A DNA stretch of 60,000 bases from Camelus ferus (taxonomy: Eukaryota). Shown here in pieces: positions 1 through 12,985 of the stretch; within the stretch, counting starts at the first letter, position 1; every line of letters begins with the position of its first letter. The position numbers and the translations under genes were made by a program. Under the pieces are notes generated by a model. The model was given only the letters and a program-made list of their open reading frames with translations. It ran no database searches and was not told the DNA's origin. The stretch spans positions 66,776,001 through 66,836,000 of the forward strand of contig NC_045696.1 of the NCBI RefSeq assembly GCF_009834535.1, in the 5' to 3' direction.

Positions 1-1124
1 TCAAACGGCCGATTTATGGTACATAGTTCAAAACACCAAGAGAAGCCCGCGGCGCGTGTGTCTGTTCTGGGATGCCCTGCACACATCACACAGCTTCATA
101 TGCAGCTTTTAGAGACTGTGATCTCCTCCAGAGCATTTGAAAGTAGATTATGTCATTTTCACAAACTGGGCAGAAAGAGCCAGCGCTCAGTAGCTGCTTA
201 TGAATTCTTCCAAATAAACAAATACCACCTGCTATTCTTTCTTTTTCCCTTCTGTCCTGGTATTCAGAATGAGGAAGACCACTGGACAGACATGTTCTAA
301 AGGGGATTTAAGCATCAAATTGTTGTTTACAGAGCAAAATCGGTTGTTCTCCAAATTTCCTTTTAGTCTTGCAATTCTAAATTCTGTCCCAGGCTACCAT
401 CTTCCCCTCAAGAACCGGGTTCATGAAGACTGGAGGGGAATGGGTAGCAGGGTTAGGGAGAGGCAGTATATATTTTAAAAGATAACATGCTAATATATCA
501 TCCAGGCACGGCCTAATTTTCCATCTGTTCTATTTTCTTTGGAGCAGTTTATTATTTTCTAAAGTAGAATATGTGTAAGAGAAATTTTGTCTGGTTATGA
601 TTAAAATTCTATATTTGGTATAATTCAGAAATACATTAGTTCATACAAATTCTCTGTCAGATGCTTTTATTTCTTCCAGAAGAGACGCAGAATAGGTTCT
701 CAGTAAGACATTTATGGAACGAATGATTTAACTTCTCGTTTCATCAGCCAAAATCTCTTTACTGTATTACTCTCGGAGAGGGGAAGTGATTCGCTCAAGC
801 ATCAGCTAATTAGCAAAGAGTAAGGATTTTGAAACCAAATTTTCTGATTCTGAATCGAGGGCCCTGCCCACACCATCACACCTGTCAGCTTGATCAGATA
901 ATTCAAGCCATTCCTGAGTCAAATTGGACACATTGCCAGAAGGGGCCACCTGCCTGGGGTACCGTTTTCCCTTTGTAAAACCTTCTGACACAAGGAAACC
1001 TCATTGTTTCTTCAAGTTAGAGATGGGAGAACAAATCAAAAGCAAGAAGAAGAAGGGAGTCCTGTTAGTACATATTTTATAAAGGAAATAAGGAGTCTGG
1101 CTCTTCAACTGAAATACAACTCTT

Positions 1125-1246
1125 GGGGCTAGGGTAGTATAGCTCAGAGGTAGAGCACATGCTTGGTGTGCTCAGGGTCCTGGATTCAATCCCCAGTGCC
1201 TCCGTTAAGGGGAAAAAGTAAAGATTATAATAAAAAATTTTAAAAA
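1125..1246 (+). mobile_element. tRNA-derived SINE, camelid Vic-1-like
   Basis: A box TAGCTCAGAGG, B box GGATTCAATCCC, A-rich tail, degenerate TSD gaaatacaac (1111-1120)/gaaatataac (1247-1256). Confidence 0.85.
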
Positions 1247-2158
1247 GAAATATAACATTGAGAGTCCCAGATATAGTCAAACTATGGTGAAGAGCAAACT
1301 CACAAAGGAATTGATGTTTGAAAACAATTTTAATTGAACTTTAAGCATAATAAAATTATTTTACTAAACTTTAGGTATTCCACATGGGGAGGAGAAAGGA
1401 CTCTTCCATTCCATTCAGTCCAGGGAGCATCTGTCTAAATGTTAACAGTCGCATGCCCATTCCATTACATTTATATATTCGAATTCCACTGCTGAATGCC
1501 ATGTCCCCATTTGCTCTTCAAATAACAATTAATCTCTTCACATTTATCCCCCTGCTGACAAGAGCAGCTGTCAGTCTGGCCTTCTCTCCCCTCTAACTTC
1601 TACGGCTCCCATTCCTCTCCTCCCCCCTAACTTCAGCTTCCCCTCTTGACAGGTGAGGCAAACTGCAGGTGAGACAACTAGGAGAGAAAAAACTAAAACC
1701 CGAGGCCCTGGCTGAATGAAAGCTTTGAGGTGTCCAAGCCTGCGGCAACAGTCCAGGAAGGGGATTGAAAAGAAATTATTATTTGTGTGCAAGTTAAGAG
1801 TCAGTCTACCAAGCACTCCTGAGCATCCTGTAGGAATCAGATAATGCTCCCGGAGGCACGTGCTTCCCTACAGCAGTACAATTAGGGAGGCAGCCGGCCC
1901 TGACGAAAGGGACAAAGAAAAGCGCCCAGCACTTTCTCACAGGCAGTAAAAAGCCTGTCTGTCGGGCCATCCCTCTCCTCCTTCTAGCTACACAGAATGG
2001 AACTTCAGCTAATTGTGGGCTTGGATGAGAACAAAGAACCATGGCCCTTTGAATCTTTTTTTTTTTCAATATATGTCAAGAGAAAAGTCTGGGGACACAG
2101 CTTTAAAACCCAGTGAGTAAACATTCAGTGCTTCTTGAAGGACTGAAGAGAAATGGGA

Positions 2159-2323
2159 CAAACTATGGTTACCAAAGGGAAAGAGGGAGAGGGATAAATT
2201 AGGAGCTTGAGATTAACGGATACACGCTACTATAGATAAAATAGATAAACAACAAGGACCTACTGTAGAGCACAGGGAACTATAGTCGATATCTTGTAGT
2301 AACCTATAATGGAAAATAATCTG

Positions 2324-2374
<51 letters not shown>

Positions 2375-2503
2375 TACACACACACATATATATGCATGTA
2401 TATGTATGTATACATATAACTACTTTGAACCACTTCACTGAACACCTGAAACTAACATTGTAAATCAAATACACATCAATAAAATATAAAATTTAAAAAA
2501 GAG
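2159..2503 (+). mobile_element. 5'-truncated L1 3' end with 12-bp TSD
   Basis: Laurasiatherian L1 3'UTR text (aacaaggacctactgtagagcacagggaactata...), polyA signal and A tail; perfect TSD agagaaatggga at 2147-2158 and 2504-2515. Confidence 0.9.
2327..2362. repeat. (TA)18 microsatellite followed by CA/TA-rich repeats, within L1 3'UTR
   Basis: Direct reading. Confidence 0.95.
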
Positions 2504-3204
2504 AGAGAAATGGGAACTCTATTTACCTCAGAGGTACAAAGATGACCCCTTGGGACAGCAGTAAGACTGGACATATTGAGCGGCACCAAAGAAGTGGAAA
2601 TCTTATTTCAAGTCATTAATAACATTAATATGGGAGTTGAGGGCTATGCCTTTAAATGCCATAATTTTTAATCCCACATAGTTCGGGTGAAATATTTTAC
2701 TGGACAACAATGAGGGTTTGCCTCCAATGCTGACATCTCAATTTACATAACGTAAAGCTGGAGCGCTCAGGTTTGGGCAAAAAGCTGCTTGCTCTTCAAG
2801 ATAAAAATAGGAAAACATATTGCAATTTAAGCTTTTCTCAAATTTTACTTTGGAGAAACAAAATCTAAGCAGTAGACTCAATTGTCTTTGTAAAAGAGCA
2901 GGAACCAACACCACCTTGCAGTTAACTAACCTAAAGCACAGACAGTGAACCCACCAAAGGCAGAATCGTGTGACTGGAAATCTACGTGGATACATTTCAT
3001 AGCTTTATTCAAAAATCAATGTCAGAAACCTGTCATAGGAAACGGTACTTTTGAAGTCAGTTTAAAAAGCATTTCAGTAACAACAAAGGCAAAAGGTTCT
3101 TATTTGCTTATTTCTTTGATTTGAAGAGAGTGGACATGTTGACAAAGTACAATTGGAGGCCAAGGGTGGACCAACCTAGCCAAGAGGAACAAGGGTTAGA
3201 GAGG

Positions 3205-3345
3205 CAGGACGAGCGAAATAATTCACATGGCTCATTGCAAAATGATGCAAACGCAGGGCCTCTTGTTCATAAATTATTAAGAGTTTCAACATGGTGACAG
3301 AAGAGCCTTAAACAAAGCACGGGGCCCTTTCCTGACCGCACACCA
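3205..3345 (-). mobile_element. MER45-like hAT DNA transposon fossil
   Basis: tgcaaaatga...gcagggcctcttgttcataaattattaagagtttcaacatggtgacag...ttaaacaaagcacggggccctt resembles the reverse complement of MER45A as recalled. Confidence 0.7.
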
Positions 3346-5009
3346 GGTTAATGTGAATAACATTTATTTCTTATTTTCCACCAAAGTGAAGCTGGTGAGG
3401 TGAAGGAAGCAGTACTTGTGCCCTTTGTTTACGGTCAGTAATTAATCCATAAACACAGAAGGGAGAACTCTGTGTTGTGCTGGGATGCTAATGAGATGCC
3501 TATTTCTAGTGACAGGTAAGATAGGGTCTCAGAAGTGAGAACATACCACTCATAAAAGTAACAAAAAGTACCCTGAGAAGAACTCTGTGGGGTACCAGAC
3601 GTCCCATGTGTTTCTTATGTCACAAAAGCTATTAGCACATTTGAAATGTAATAGGAAGTAGATAGTCCCTTTCTAACCACAAGGTATCCTGATCCTGGAA
3701 TAACCTTAAAACACTTTATAGACACTCCATGTATGAATAGATGAAAAATGTTTTATACCAACCCTAATGTGTCTGAAAGAGGAGACGGTCTTCTTTCCAC
3801 AAAATATAAAAGATAAGGATGAACATAATTTGTCTGATAGCTATTATAAGCCTGAGAACTAATATAAGACTGGATTCAGACAAATGCTTCATTTCCTATA
3901 AAATAACTTTGAAATAGAAGGCTCATTGCTTGGATCCTGGAAAATTACCAACATCTGTAGCTGGAATGTATTCGCGTTCATCGCAGATTTGCTGATCTGA
4001 CCACAGAAAGGATGAAACACACCTGGGTCACAGAGACTTACCATGCTCCAAGCAATCACAGAAGCCCCTGCGGGTGTTCTGAAACAAGGAGCTGGTCTGG
4101 TGAGTGCGGGGATCCCCCGGGGCTGAACCTCAAATCACTTGCTTTCACCATTAGGAAAGAGCAAGTGTATAACTACCGTGTCCAAGCACAGAAGGAGTGT
4201 TTTCTTGTTTTTGTTTGTTTGTTGTTCTCCTCCCATAAGTTCTTTTGCATTCTCATAGGCATCTACAGACCCTGATTTATTTCTTCACTCAACTTCAATT
4301 TGCACATTTACAGTTAAAATGGCAGTACAGACGATAGAGTTCTCCTGACTGGTCATCGTTTTAAAAGTGTCCTATAAATGTGACCTCTTTAGTTTTATTT
4401 TATTTTTCTTTCCTGGATTACATTGGTTGATGATCTTAAATTTTGAATATATTATAGGCCTGAATCTTCTTCTTGCTCAGCAATAATGTGTATCAGTATA
4501 TAGCACTGTAAACAAAACTCAATATTGAATACCTGGGTTTAGACCCTCTTAAAGTTGGTAATGTAATTACTTTCCTATAAAATAACTAAACATCCAAAAA
4601 GAATTCCAATCAAGCCATATGACCAGTGCAGTGAAACAAGAACATAGATATAATTTGCAGTTCTGAAAATCTCTCTCCAATTTTTCTGGCTCAGAGAAAT
4701 TGTGTAAGTTCTTTTTCCTGGACATTACTATCTGTAATAGCTAATTTATGGCAACAATAGCTAATAATATATGACAAGAGATTAGTAAAATATGGGAATG
4801 AGGGCCATATTAGGCAGAGAAGAGGTTACTTTTGGGATATATAATCCATTTATTTACCTCAATTTAAATGGACCTGTGTCACAGGAAACAGTAACTTGCC
4901 CAGATTTCATTTGAAAGAAATTATATTGCTAATCCTTGACTGACTGTTAGAGGTGGCTAGGGAACTGAGCAGTCTTCAGCACTCCTTTTCTTCCTGAATG
5001 AATTCTAGT

Positions 5010-5140
5010 AATGCAGAACTCTGAACTTGGACTTTGTGACATGGGGTGTAAGTCCCAAAGCTGCCACTAATGTGCTATATACCCCTGGGCAAGGTACTTA
5101 AACAACCTGGACCTTATTCTCCTATAAAGTAAGCAGTATA
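5010..5140 (+). mobile_element. MIR fragment
   Basis: Core-like ctgccactaa...ctgggcaaggtacttaa. Confidence 0.55.
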
Positions 5141-6176
5141 AAATTTAAGAGGTTGAATCTGATGATAAAACAGAACTGGTGCACTAGTTCTAACATTCTT
5201 AGGGTTGTCCATTCTCATGTACAACACTGTTTAAAAATAATGCCATGAGAGTGCTTTCAAAAAATGAGGCGCCTGGTTATTTTTTTCCTTTGTACAGATT
5301 TGCCAGACTGCACCTACAAATCCAAAATGTTTCAGGCAGAACATGTAGTTTCCTCAGCCAATATAACCTTTCACCTCAGACTTCACGGAGGAGCTTTCTG
5401 AACATTCTAACCACCCCGCCCCGGGAAAAGAAAACAGTTTTCTTCATGACCCTGGCTTTGCAAAGCATTCATTCGATTATGCTCTAGCAGACAGTACTAC
5501 ATTTTTATCCCCAAATATTGGCAGGATAGTGACTTTTCACCAAGCACTGCCTTAGGGAGAAATGCTTGTCATTTTTTAGTCTTCTACCACCTGCCTCACC
5601 TCAAAGAATGATTGGTTTGTTTTATGCTAAAATTAAACACAATTGACTTAAAGTGCTCCATTTGAGGTCAAGAAGATATTTGTATTATAATGTCAAGTTA
5701 AAGCACCATCTTTCCACCTTAAGAATTTATTGAGCATCACATTTTTTCTCCCAGCCAGATTTTGTGAGGTATTTCATTTGTTCTGTCTTCCAAAGGATTC
5801 TGGAAAGTGAGTGTTTGGAGGTAAAATATATTCGTACCTTATAATGAACAAAATGTAAAACTAAAGCATTTAAATGCACAAACCTAGAAAGACAGCCTGC
5901 GAAGAGTTTACTAGAATGTTTTATGTTTTGATACAAAGTGTCAAGATTCCTTTGAGGTCCAAGATTCCATAATTTAGGAGAGAGCTCCCTAAAAGCTCCA
6001 GTCAACACTGACAAGGGCAGGAGAGACAAATAAATTCAAAGTTGATTAATCAGGTAGACAATAGTGTCAACAAATATTAGACATAGCACTTGCAAAGCCA
6101 GGAAGTGTGAAATGCAGTGAAGCTAAAACTCAAATCCAAATACAGCTACTCTGTGTAGAGCTCAATTAAGGAAAAA

Positions 6177-6351
6177 TAGCTCGGTGGGAGAGTGCTTGCT
6201 TAGCATGCACAAAGTCCTGGGTTCAATCCCCAGTACCTCCATTAAAAAATAACAATAATAATTTAAAGGTAAATAACAAATAAACCTAATTACCTACCCC
6301 CAAACAAAAACAAACAAAAAAAGCAAAAAAAAAAAAAAAAAGCAAAAAAAA
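6177..6351 (+). mobile_element. tRNA-derived SINE, camelid Vic-1-like, long-tail variant, slightly 5'-truncated
   Basis: TAGCTCGGTGGGAGAGTGCTTGCTTAGCATGCACAAAGTCCTGGGTTCAATCCCCAGTACCTCC, then A-rich linker, AACCTAATTACC segment and second A tail. Confidence 0.85.
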
Positions 6352-7029
6352 CCTTTACCGTCTATGATTTCATTAAGTGCTCCCTTCTAGTAATAATGAC
6401 AAATGAACAAAATTATAATCATGAGCATCTCAATTCTAAAAGAAACTGACATCACCATTACACACACCAAGGAAGCACTGGGCTTAGCAGAAAGCAGAAA
6501 GGTATAATTTTAGTATTCAGTAATTCCTGATCCAGATAATAGGAAAAGTATATATAGTTTCAGTTCTTTAAGTCAGACTAGGAATTATTTATTAAAAATG
6601 GCTCAAAAATATGTTTCAGGAAATTTTTAATCTATAAAAAAATCCCTGTTTTAATAGCTTTTAAAGCAGACTTGGTAATGTTAAGAGAATAAACTACACA
6701 GCAATGAAGCTCTTTAGTGAAGGTTATGCCATCTATAAAAGCAGGCAACTGTGATTTTTAGAAACTCACCAATAATGTTTTGTTGGTTTTCAAAGTGAGT
6801 TTAAAATCTAAACATAATTTTGATAATGTATCTGTCTAGACCATATCGGAAATTATGACTTTAAAGCAATGAGGTGGTTAAATGTGGTTAACATTTTATC
6901 ATAGGAGATAGCTTTGCTCCCCATGATATGAAACTGAAGACATACTAAAAATAATGGTGACTATCAAGATTTTAAAAAATCTAAACCATATTTAGCATCC
7001 ACATTCAATCCTCTCCAAAAAGAATATTA

Positions 7030-7252
7030 GCTATTACTATTACTACAAAATTCTTTGAGTCTTTACTATGTTCCTTATAGTGTTTAAGTGCTCACTTAAT
7101 CCTCCTGAACTAGGTGGAATTATTATCCCAGGTTTTATACATACTTTATAGACGAGGAAACTGAAGTTCCACAAGATTAATTGCTCGTGGTAGTAAGTGA
7201 CAGAGCTCAAACGGGAAACCAGTAAATCTGGCTCAAGAACCCACTTTCTTAA
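7030..7252 (-). mobile_element. MIR
   Basis: tttatagacgaggaaactgaag...agtaagtgacagagc...tctggctcaaga, reverse-complement MIR core. Confidence 0.75.
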
Positions 7253-7459
7253 GAATCCTTCACTCAGAGTCACTCAAACTTCTGCCTGGAATTTTTATCT
7301 AAGAGTTACACTCAGTGAAAGCATGCTTCTTTTATATCTAAAGGAAACATTTTCCACTCAATAAAGACAGGATATAAAACTTCAACCGTTCTTAGAATGT
7401 GTTATTTGCCAAGAGTTAAGAGACTCAGCTCCTTGGAGCTACACCGGCAACTCCCTGAA

Positions 7460-7953
7460 GATCTGACCACATCACCTTCATGCTTGAACACCTGGACCTG
7501 ATTCCTAATCTCTTAGAATAAAAGCCCCAAATCTTTAAGTGGCCTCTGTCACACTATTTGAAACCCTCCTCTTTGCTCACTGAAGAACAGCATTGCTTCC
7601 GTTTTTCAAAGGCAACCTCCTTCTGTCCTCAAGCCTTTTGCCCACGCCAGCTGTTTCCCATCTCATCTTTCAGTTTTAGCTTCAATGCCATGTCCAATAG
7701 AAGCCTTCCTTAACTGTCCAGAGGGTTATTCTTCTTTGTTTCACATTGTCATGGCACAGTAATTTTTCCCTTTGCATCACACACATTATCATTGAAACTA
7801 ATTATCTGTATAAATACTTTGTAATGTTGGTCTTCTCTGCTAGACCAAAAATTTATGAGTGATTGTATCTGGCTGGTTTAGTGCTGTTGTCTTGTATCTG
7901 AAACAGTATCTAGGACATAGTAGATGTTCAGGAAATATTAAAGAATTAAATGC
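7460..7953 (+). mobile_element. L2 3' fragment
   Basis: cttagaataaaagccccaaat and terminal aacagtatctaggacatagtagatgttcaggaaatatt...aattaaatg typical of L2 3' ends. Confidence 0.65.
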
Positions 7954-10900
7954 AAAACACTTCAAAATACAAACACCTTCAGAAAGTCTCTCTTTTATTC
8001 TAACACAACTAAGCATTGCTTTTGTATCTGCTGAAGTTAAGTCTGTCTCCAAATCAGAGTCACTATTTTACATACTACTGCCAGGTGAATGTCACAGTGC
8101 ATCTCCAAATACTCACTATGACCTTCACTTTGTGTTTTGATTTGTTTTGGTAGGTGGGAATCGTGCTCTTAGCTTCAGCTTTTATGGGAACCAGTAGCAG
8201 CATAGCCAGTCCTGTCACTCACAAGGCAATGAGTAATCCTTGGTAGCTCACACCTAGCTGGGAAGTTTGTTAACGAGCTTCTACTTCCTTAAAACAAACA
8301 CATACACATTTTTGTGCCAAGGCAGTGTTTCTTACCTGATGGTCTAGATTTTGTATCTGATGCATCTAGGTCAGCAATAAGAATCCAAATCTTTGTGGTC
8401 ATATAATTACTTACTTCCTACGGATAGTGCTCATGGCCAAATACAGGTTGCTTTGAAAAAAACAAAACAAAACAAAAAAACACCCAGAAACAAGCTTAGA
8501 GGAAGATGTTAGTTTCTGGTACACAGGCCACAAAATCGGTCCCTCCCTCTCTAATTTTCATGATTTTCTGCCCAGTTAGCTAGAACTCAGTTTAGAAAAA
8601 TGCTGTAATTAAGGGATTACAAATGCATGTTTTGAGGAACTGAGATGGTAGTTTCAGACTTCCAAATGGTTTCTTGTAAATGGTCTAAATTCATGACTTC
8701 ATTTCCCAGAGTTTATAACCCCCCACCCCCAAAATACAGGTTGAAACACTAGCCTTTATTTGCAAATGGAAGACTAAAGCATGAAATAAGGGCCACACTG
8801 CTCAGTCGTACTATTCCATACATATGCAAATGAGGAACACTGGTTCCTAAATTCTTGCTTTTGCTTGTCAAGTTCTTTGCTGATTGCTACATTTTTCATT
8901 ATATTTGACTTTTATAACATTTGCTTCATTTTTAACTGCAAAATAAAACCAAAATTTCCAGCCATGCCAGAGTCATGCCTTACTTTGAAAAGACTCTCAT
9001 TTATTCATTTCATTCTACTTACTCCATTAGGAAAGTAACAATCAATCAGTTTAATAATTACAACAGTTCATTAGTGTGTTATTGAAACAGAAAAAAAAAA
9101 AAAAAAACCATGGGTCACCATTTTTAAGAACAAAACGACTTAAAGTTTTCTCAGACATCTTTTAGAAATAACACTATGGAAAATAAATGTGAAAGTGTTT
9201 GCAAATCATCAAGCTTCTTCCCCCAGAGCAAACCACTCACATCCCTGGTGATGCTCAAGAGACATCAGGGGACAAAATGAATCCAGGGAACAGTGTGGAA
9301 GCAAGTAAACACTTTTACAAAGGGACTGCAATGTAAGATAAAAATCTAATCGGTTCAGTTTTGTAAAAAAAAATCAAACACATTCCCTGTCCTCCCAGGT
9401 AATCAATTAAGCGAAAGCAGCACCCTCTACACTGTTTACCTCTGTTAAGAGAACAAGTCATTCCTTACTCAGGAAACTGCCCTGTCTTTTAAAAACTTTC
9501 TTGCCACTTGAAGTACAATGGAAACAAATACCTGAGCTCATTGAAAAAAAAAAAAAAAAAAAAGGAAGAAAAAAAAGACTTGCAAGATGTCAGGAAAAAC
9601 CATATGATTCAGAACATACAGGTGGAGACCAGGCTTGTACAATGTGTGTAATGGCGTTGCTTCCTGCTCAGATCAGTTACCAACAGCCATTTCTGCAGGT
9701 ATGTACAATATGCCCTATTTTTATCTGAAGATACCCCTTCAAGCAGCAGCAACAGACACATGCCTCCGCTGCATTCAAGAACATTATTTGGTGACCTCAG
9801 GGAGGATACAGAGATAAATACCACAGATCGTCTACCCTCCAAGAGTTTCCAGCCTAGAGACTGAGAGAGCAATGAAGGAAGCAGTAAGAAAGAGTTCAGA
9901 GGAAGCAGGAGTTATTCTGAATGGGGGAAGGGGTGGCATCTAAGACATTCTTAAGGGTGAAGCAGTCCCCCACCCCAGCAAGGCCTTAAAAACTGGAAGG
10001 GATTTGACCTGAAGATAAATAGGTTGGGGGAGGGGGGCAGTAGGTTGGGAGCATAGAAGGAAGGCAGGGAAAGTGACTTCTCGGAATTCTCGCTAGTCTG
10101 ATTTTCAGGCTTCCAAGCACTTTGGGATTCTCTACTGAGATAATTTCCCAGGCCTAAGGCTGATTATGGGCTTTCTGCTTTATCCAGTGTTACCCTTTCT
10201 CTCTGTGTAGAGCTTGCGGTGTCCTCAACTGTAGTCTGTGACAGAGTCTCACATGGTCTATTGCAAAGTAATCAAGCCATTCCCAAAACATCTGATGTTG
10301 CCCTTTGAGAGGGTAATGGTTTTCCTTTTAATTCTGATTCCATCAAGAGACTGACACTAATCCAGACTGATTTGAGTAAACAGGGCATATTCCCCTATTG
10401 TCTCTGTGATCTGAGAAAGAATGAACTTGAGAAAGATCACTGCCTGGATTGGAAGTGGCCCCTTTGGGTGTTTTGTGCAAGCTTGAAAGGAAAAAGCAAA
10501 TGCCTGTGCAGAGTTCTTTCCAAGGCAGGCTCTCTTTGGGGGTGGTAATTCTCATAGGGGTATTACACTAAACTGCACCTATTAGTGGCTTTAGCACCAA
10601 TGAGAAAGTAGAGCTATTTCTTTTGTAGTGTTTCCAGAAGAGCTGACGAGAGTGTTTTATAAATTTCCGCCTCTGGCAACACACCACAGCTTGACTCAAA
10701 ATCCCCTCTTTCAGCTTTTATACAGAAATTTTTTTTTCTCTTCTTTTTCCATTGCAGACAAGATGGACTTCAGATGCCCAGTTTTGCATAAGATACCGGT
10801 GTTCACTCTACACACAGGCACTGATATTCCAAAAATGTTTTATTGTTGCCAGTTACTCCCTTCCCTAGAACGCACGCGTGCTACACCTTAACACCAGTTA

Positions 10901-12409
10901 CTGAATTTTAAATTGACAGATAGCTATTATCCGGAGAAGCTCTCTCAGAATTTACATGGCAGTGAAATTCTACTTTGTCTTTGGAAAAGAAACGAAAACA
11001 GAATGTATAAAGTTAGTCATTATCAAACATGAAATAAACTTAGCAATAAACTTAGCAATAAGAAATTTCTAAGATTTTGAGGGAACAGAAAATGGAAAGG
11101 AGTGCTTTGGGGACAGGACAGGTGTGCTCTACTACCAGATCAAATAAAAACACCCAATGCAGGGATGTATGAAGTACTGCTTCTGCAAAGACTCTGCAGA
11201 CACTTCAGGTAACTACTGTTTTTCTGCAAAGGAGGTTGTACAGCAATGTGGTAGTTTGTGAAACTTCACTGTTTCCCCTGTTTTTGTCAAGTTAAAAGCA
11301 GAACAAACCACATTTCAACATTGGATATTTTTAAAATTCACTCTGTTAGTAGAGGGTTAGTGGTGTGGTAGGGACAAGAAAGGAATGAGATACGAGCTTG
11401 GATATCCCCCCATTTCTCATAGAGCCTCCTTCTCCCTCCTACCCACACCCTTTGCCTTTAAATCAACCACTAAGCTTCCTGCCCCCTGAAGCTCCCCTCA
11501 CCGACCCCACCATTATCTCTCTAAGTGCCTATATTTTCTTCCTGGGTGAGATGGAAGTGATGCAGGAAGTTGTGGAAGGAGACAATGCTAATATTTAAGT
11601 AAAGATTTGTCTTCCCCCAATATTTCTGTTCAAATCTTAAATGAAAAGGCGGATCCTTGTCCAAAGTGTAATTTGAAAAAAAGCTATGGTAACGATTCTT
11701 TTAATTTGATGCCCCAAGATACTGAATTTTTATTGTTGGTGATTTTGGCTAAATTTGGGGGAGGGGGCTGTTTGATTCTTAAATGATACATTCATATTTA
11801 CTTCTGCTCTGATATTTCCCCGTTGGGTTCTCATCTTAAACAAATGTCGCACTTGGCATATTGTGTCACATTTAGCTCCAGAATTACTATCTGCTTTTAG
11901 AGCAGTGACTGGAGCAGAGTTTTCTCATTCTGAATCTAAGATGACTATTTAATAAATAAAGTTCCTCCTCATTAACAGAGAATTTTGTTCCCAGTTTTAA
12001 GAATGTAATTAATTACCAAGTCTTTACAAGAGTGAGACACTGCATCTGTCTCTACAGAGGTCTAAGGAATGGGAACAGGAAACACTTAATTTTCCCCATA
12101 CCAAGCAAGCATTTGGGTGATTTTTCTCCCTTCCTGCAGGATTGACACGTGTCCCTTCTAGAGCATGTAGATAAAGTTTTGAATCTCAGGTTCTGAACAC
12201 TGCCCATACTTTCAAAATACGCATGGATTCTAGCTCGTAGTGAGACAAAAGCCTTTACCATTTTTTTTTTTTTAGCTTTCCACTTTGACATACCTATTAA
12301 ATATAGATCAGTATTTAAATCAATATTCTCTTTGCAAGTCAGTATATCATGTGCTTTCATTTGGTCCTATGCAGTTGTTCTTTGTATTTCTTAATTAATT
12401 TTCTGTCTT

Positions 12410-12700
12410 CTACCCAGAATGACCTTCCTTCCTTCCCCCTGTGGCTAAATTCTGGTTCTCAAACTATGTGAAATATTACCTTCGTCATGAACAGTTTGAC
12501 CCATTTCATGGTCTTGGAGAGCCTTTGGTGTCTCTTACCATATTCTGTTTTATACCAGAGTCACTTATGAATACCTCATATACACACTAGGATTGTGAAT
12601 TCTCAGAGGCCAGTGGCTGCAACTTTGTTATTTTTGCTTTACTTACAGTGCCCAGCACCAGCACCATGACTGCACTTAATTAGTTCTCAGTAAGTGTCGA
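12410..12700 (+). mobile_element. L2 3' fragment
   Basis: cactaggattgtgaattctcagaggc...cagtgcccagcac...ttctcagtaagtg. Confidence 0.55.
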
Positions 12701-12860
12701 GCTGTAAGGAAATGCTTTTTTTTGTAAGGGAAATAATCTAAATGATTTGTGGTTGGGATAGGAAAATCACTGTAACTAGTTTACAGCCAAATATATACTA
12801 CCTTTTTTGGGGTGGAGGGAGGTTGGGGAAAATACTGAAATAAACAGTGGGTCTTTATTT

Positions 12861-12985
12861 ATAGGATGACTATATACTTTTATCTTCTAAGCGGAACACT
12901 TTTGAAAGAAAAAGGGGTGCTATTAATAATTAGATTTGAACAGCATGTGTAAATAAGGACAAACCAAGACCAGTGGGTCCCAACT
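12861..12985. mobile_element. MER81/MER94-like hAT-Blackjack fossil
   Basis: aggatgactatat...gaacacttttgaaagaaaaaggggtgctattaataatta resembles the recalled consensus. Confidence 0.6.

Noticed and set aside
1..300. TP63 exon 4 at the left edge
   Set aside because: No PQYTNLGLL-coding sequence is present; the exon must be outside the window.
1125..1205. tRNA gene-like A and B boxes (also at 6177 and 36310)
   Set aside because: A-rich tails and flanking duplications, and no clean cloverleaf: SINEs rather than tRNA genes.
11033..11060. Short direct repeats (also ~14735, ~31792, ~32751, ~34637, ~43418) as a CRISPR-like or structured array
   Set aside because: Only 2-3 adjacent units without unique spacers; ordinary slippage duplications in a mammalian intron.
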